A DNA stretch of 63,170 nt, filler included, from Intoshia linei (Eukaryota > Animalia > Orthonectida): the NCBI GenBank assembly GCA_001642005.1. It is 11 parts of 11 records of this genome, joined end to end, with 100 filler letters (N's around TTAATTAATTAA, not from the genome) between each part and the next. Parts side by side here need not be neighbours in the genome. Positions count along the whole stretch, not along the records: positions 48,373 to 61,987 come from LWCA01001011.1; positions 62,088 to 63,170 come from LWCA01002877.1; 9 more parts are not named here. One strand, 5' to 3'. The translations under genes were made by a program, and so were the position numbers. Of the stretch, positions 61,621-63,170 are shown piece by piece; position 1 is the first letter of the stretch; each line of letters starts with the position of its first letter. The notes beneath the pieces are model-generated. The model was not told where the DNA came from. It saw nothing but the letters and a program-made list of their open reading frames with translations, and did no database searches.

Positions 61621-63170
61621 TAATGTTCAATTTTTGTAAAAAATACTGAGATTTACTGAGTACTGAGTTATTTAATGAGTACTTAGTTTCACTTTTACTA
61701 AGTTATTAGATTTTGTTTATACTTAGTTATACTTTTAGTGAGTTTTAATAGTAATATTTAATATTATAATTTATTATATTTAATAGTAATAGTAAACTTA
61801 CTACAACCTGATTTACCTGACTACAACAATTACCTGATACTACAAATGTAGTTTATTATAAAATTCGGATATTATCTTAATCTACAGTATTGGCCATATA
61901 ATTTTAATAATTTAATATTTTTATATTAATGACATATAATTAAATAACCAATAGAGGAAATTAAACAAAATTTTAGATAGTAATGTANNNNNNNNNNNNN
62001 NNNNNNNNNNNNNNNNNNNNNNNNNNNNNNNTTAATTAATTAANNNNNNNNNNNNNNNNNNNNNNNNNNNNNNNNNNNNNNNNNNNNATAATTTGCAATG
62101 ATAAATACCAATAAAATTAACATTTACATTTCATATTTTAAGCCTTACAAGACAATTGCATGTATAGATGCCAAAAACTACACTCATAAATTTACATTGG
62201 TTTGTATACAAACCATAATAAGGCGGTACCAATATAAATTTTGAACACATTACTGCTCATACAATAACTTGTAATATGCGTAAAANTTATTATCAATGTT
62301 TACTTTGTGTCAACAATAAAATAAATTATATATGAAATACAATAGACGCGACGTCATTGTAATTGCGTGTCATAATAGCTATATACATGTCTAATGCCTT
62401 ATTTTCACTTTACCATACGAGTTTGGCAGAATGCATGAACTCGAAGAGTGAGTGCATTCCACACACGAGTTTTGTAAAAGTGAAAATTATAAGCTATGAC
62501 ATGTAATTTTTTTTACTATTTAGTCTATTGAATCAAAATTTCAATTTTTGCATGTTTAAATATATAAATAATTTATTTTCAAAAACTTTATTATTTAACG
62601 ATATTATATTGTGGATTATTCTATACTGATATATAGTTTCTATATTAACGCGGTAATAGAAAGTAAATCGATGTTCTCATATCAACCAATGAAAATGAAG
62701 AATTCTTCTCACTAAACTGTAAATTAAATGTATTTTATTGCTAATTCTTAGCCAAATTTAAGTTGTTCACTTTACAAATCAATGACATTTGAAATTTGTG
62801 AATTTTGAGCTTTAATTTTTAGTGTTTTTTAACATTTTAAAAGTGAAATTTTTTGCTTTTAATTTTGAAAATCAACATAATCTCATAAGGGTTAAATTGT
62901 TAATTATTTTTAAATTTCAAATTGTTAGAACTTTCAATTCAAATTTTATTGTTCTTTTTGTTTCTAAGACATTTCGAAAAGTATATGTATTTAGTACTTA
63001 TAAAATCTGGACACTCGTTAAGGCTAATGTGGAGTACAAATTTTATGGTATGTCATAAAATATCTTTGGTATTCCATTAGATTGCACTATTGCAGTGGTG
63101 GGCAAACTACGCCCCGCGAGATCATGCTTCATACTTATGTTTACATTCAAATTTTGAAATTGATTGACAT

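Overview
Very AT-rich animal genomic DNA with many tiny GT-AG introns (about 37-60 bp). It is broken by ten 100-bp assembly spacers (N44-TTAATTAATTAA-N44). The gene content (Nav1-type channel, peptide GPCR, Polycomb, ciliary genes) indicates a ciliated invertebrate with a nervous system; a compact lophotrochozoan-type genome is my inference, not something shown. Genes I could splice by eye: a TIR+HEAT protein, XRCC2-like (3' part), Polycomb/CBX, a Ser/Lys-rich Nopp140-like protein, an aldo-keto reductase fold protein missing catalytic residues, TBATA/C4orf17-like with a CTD-phosphatase gene nested in its intron, LRRC9 (3' part), a peptide GPCR, Nav (3' part), a CSDE1 fragment, DNAJC17, a GPI-anchored Ly6 protein and MOK kinase. 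Introns and intergenic DNA carry many transposon relics: a non-autonomous Helitron family, hAT, piggyBac-type and Tc1/mariner elements and MITEs, Gypsy fragments and a tRNA-like SINE. The best lead is a 1.1-kb pseudogenised fragment resembling a +ssRNA (nege/kita/virga-like) virus replicase with an OTU-like protease. It sits between a Gypsy integrase relic and a Tc1 transposase in a DNAJC17 intron, all antisense to the host gene. All family assignments come from motif recognition by eye; no searches were run.
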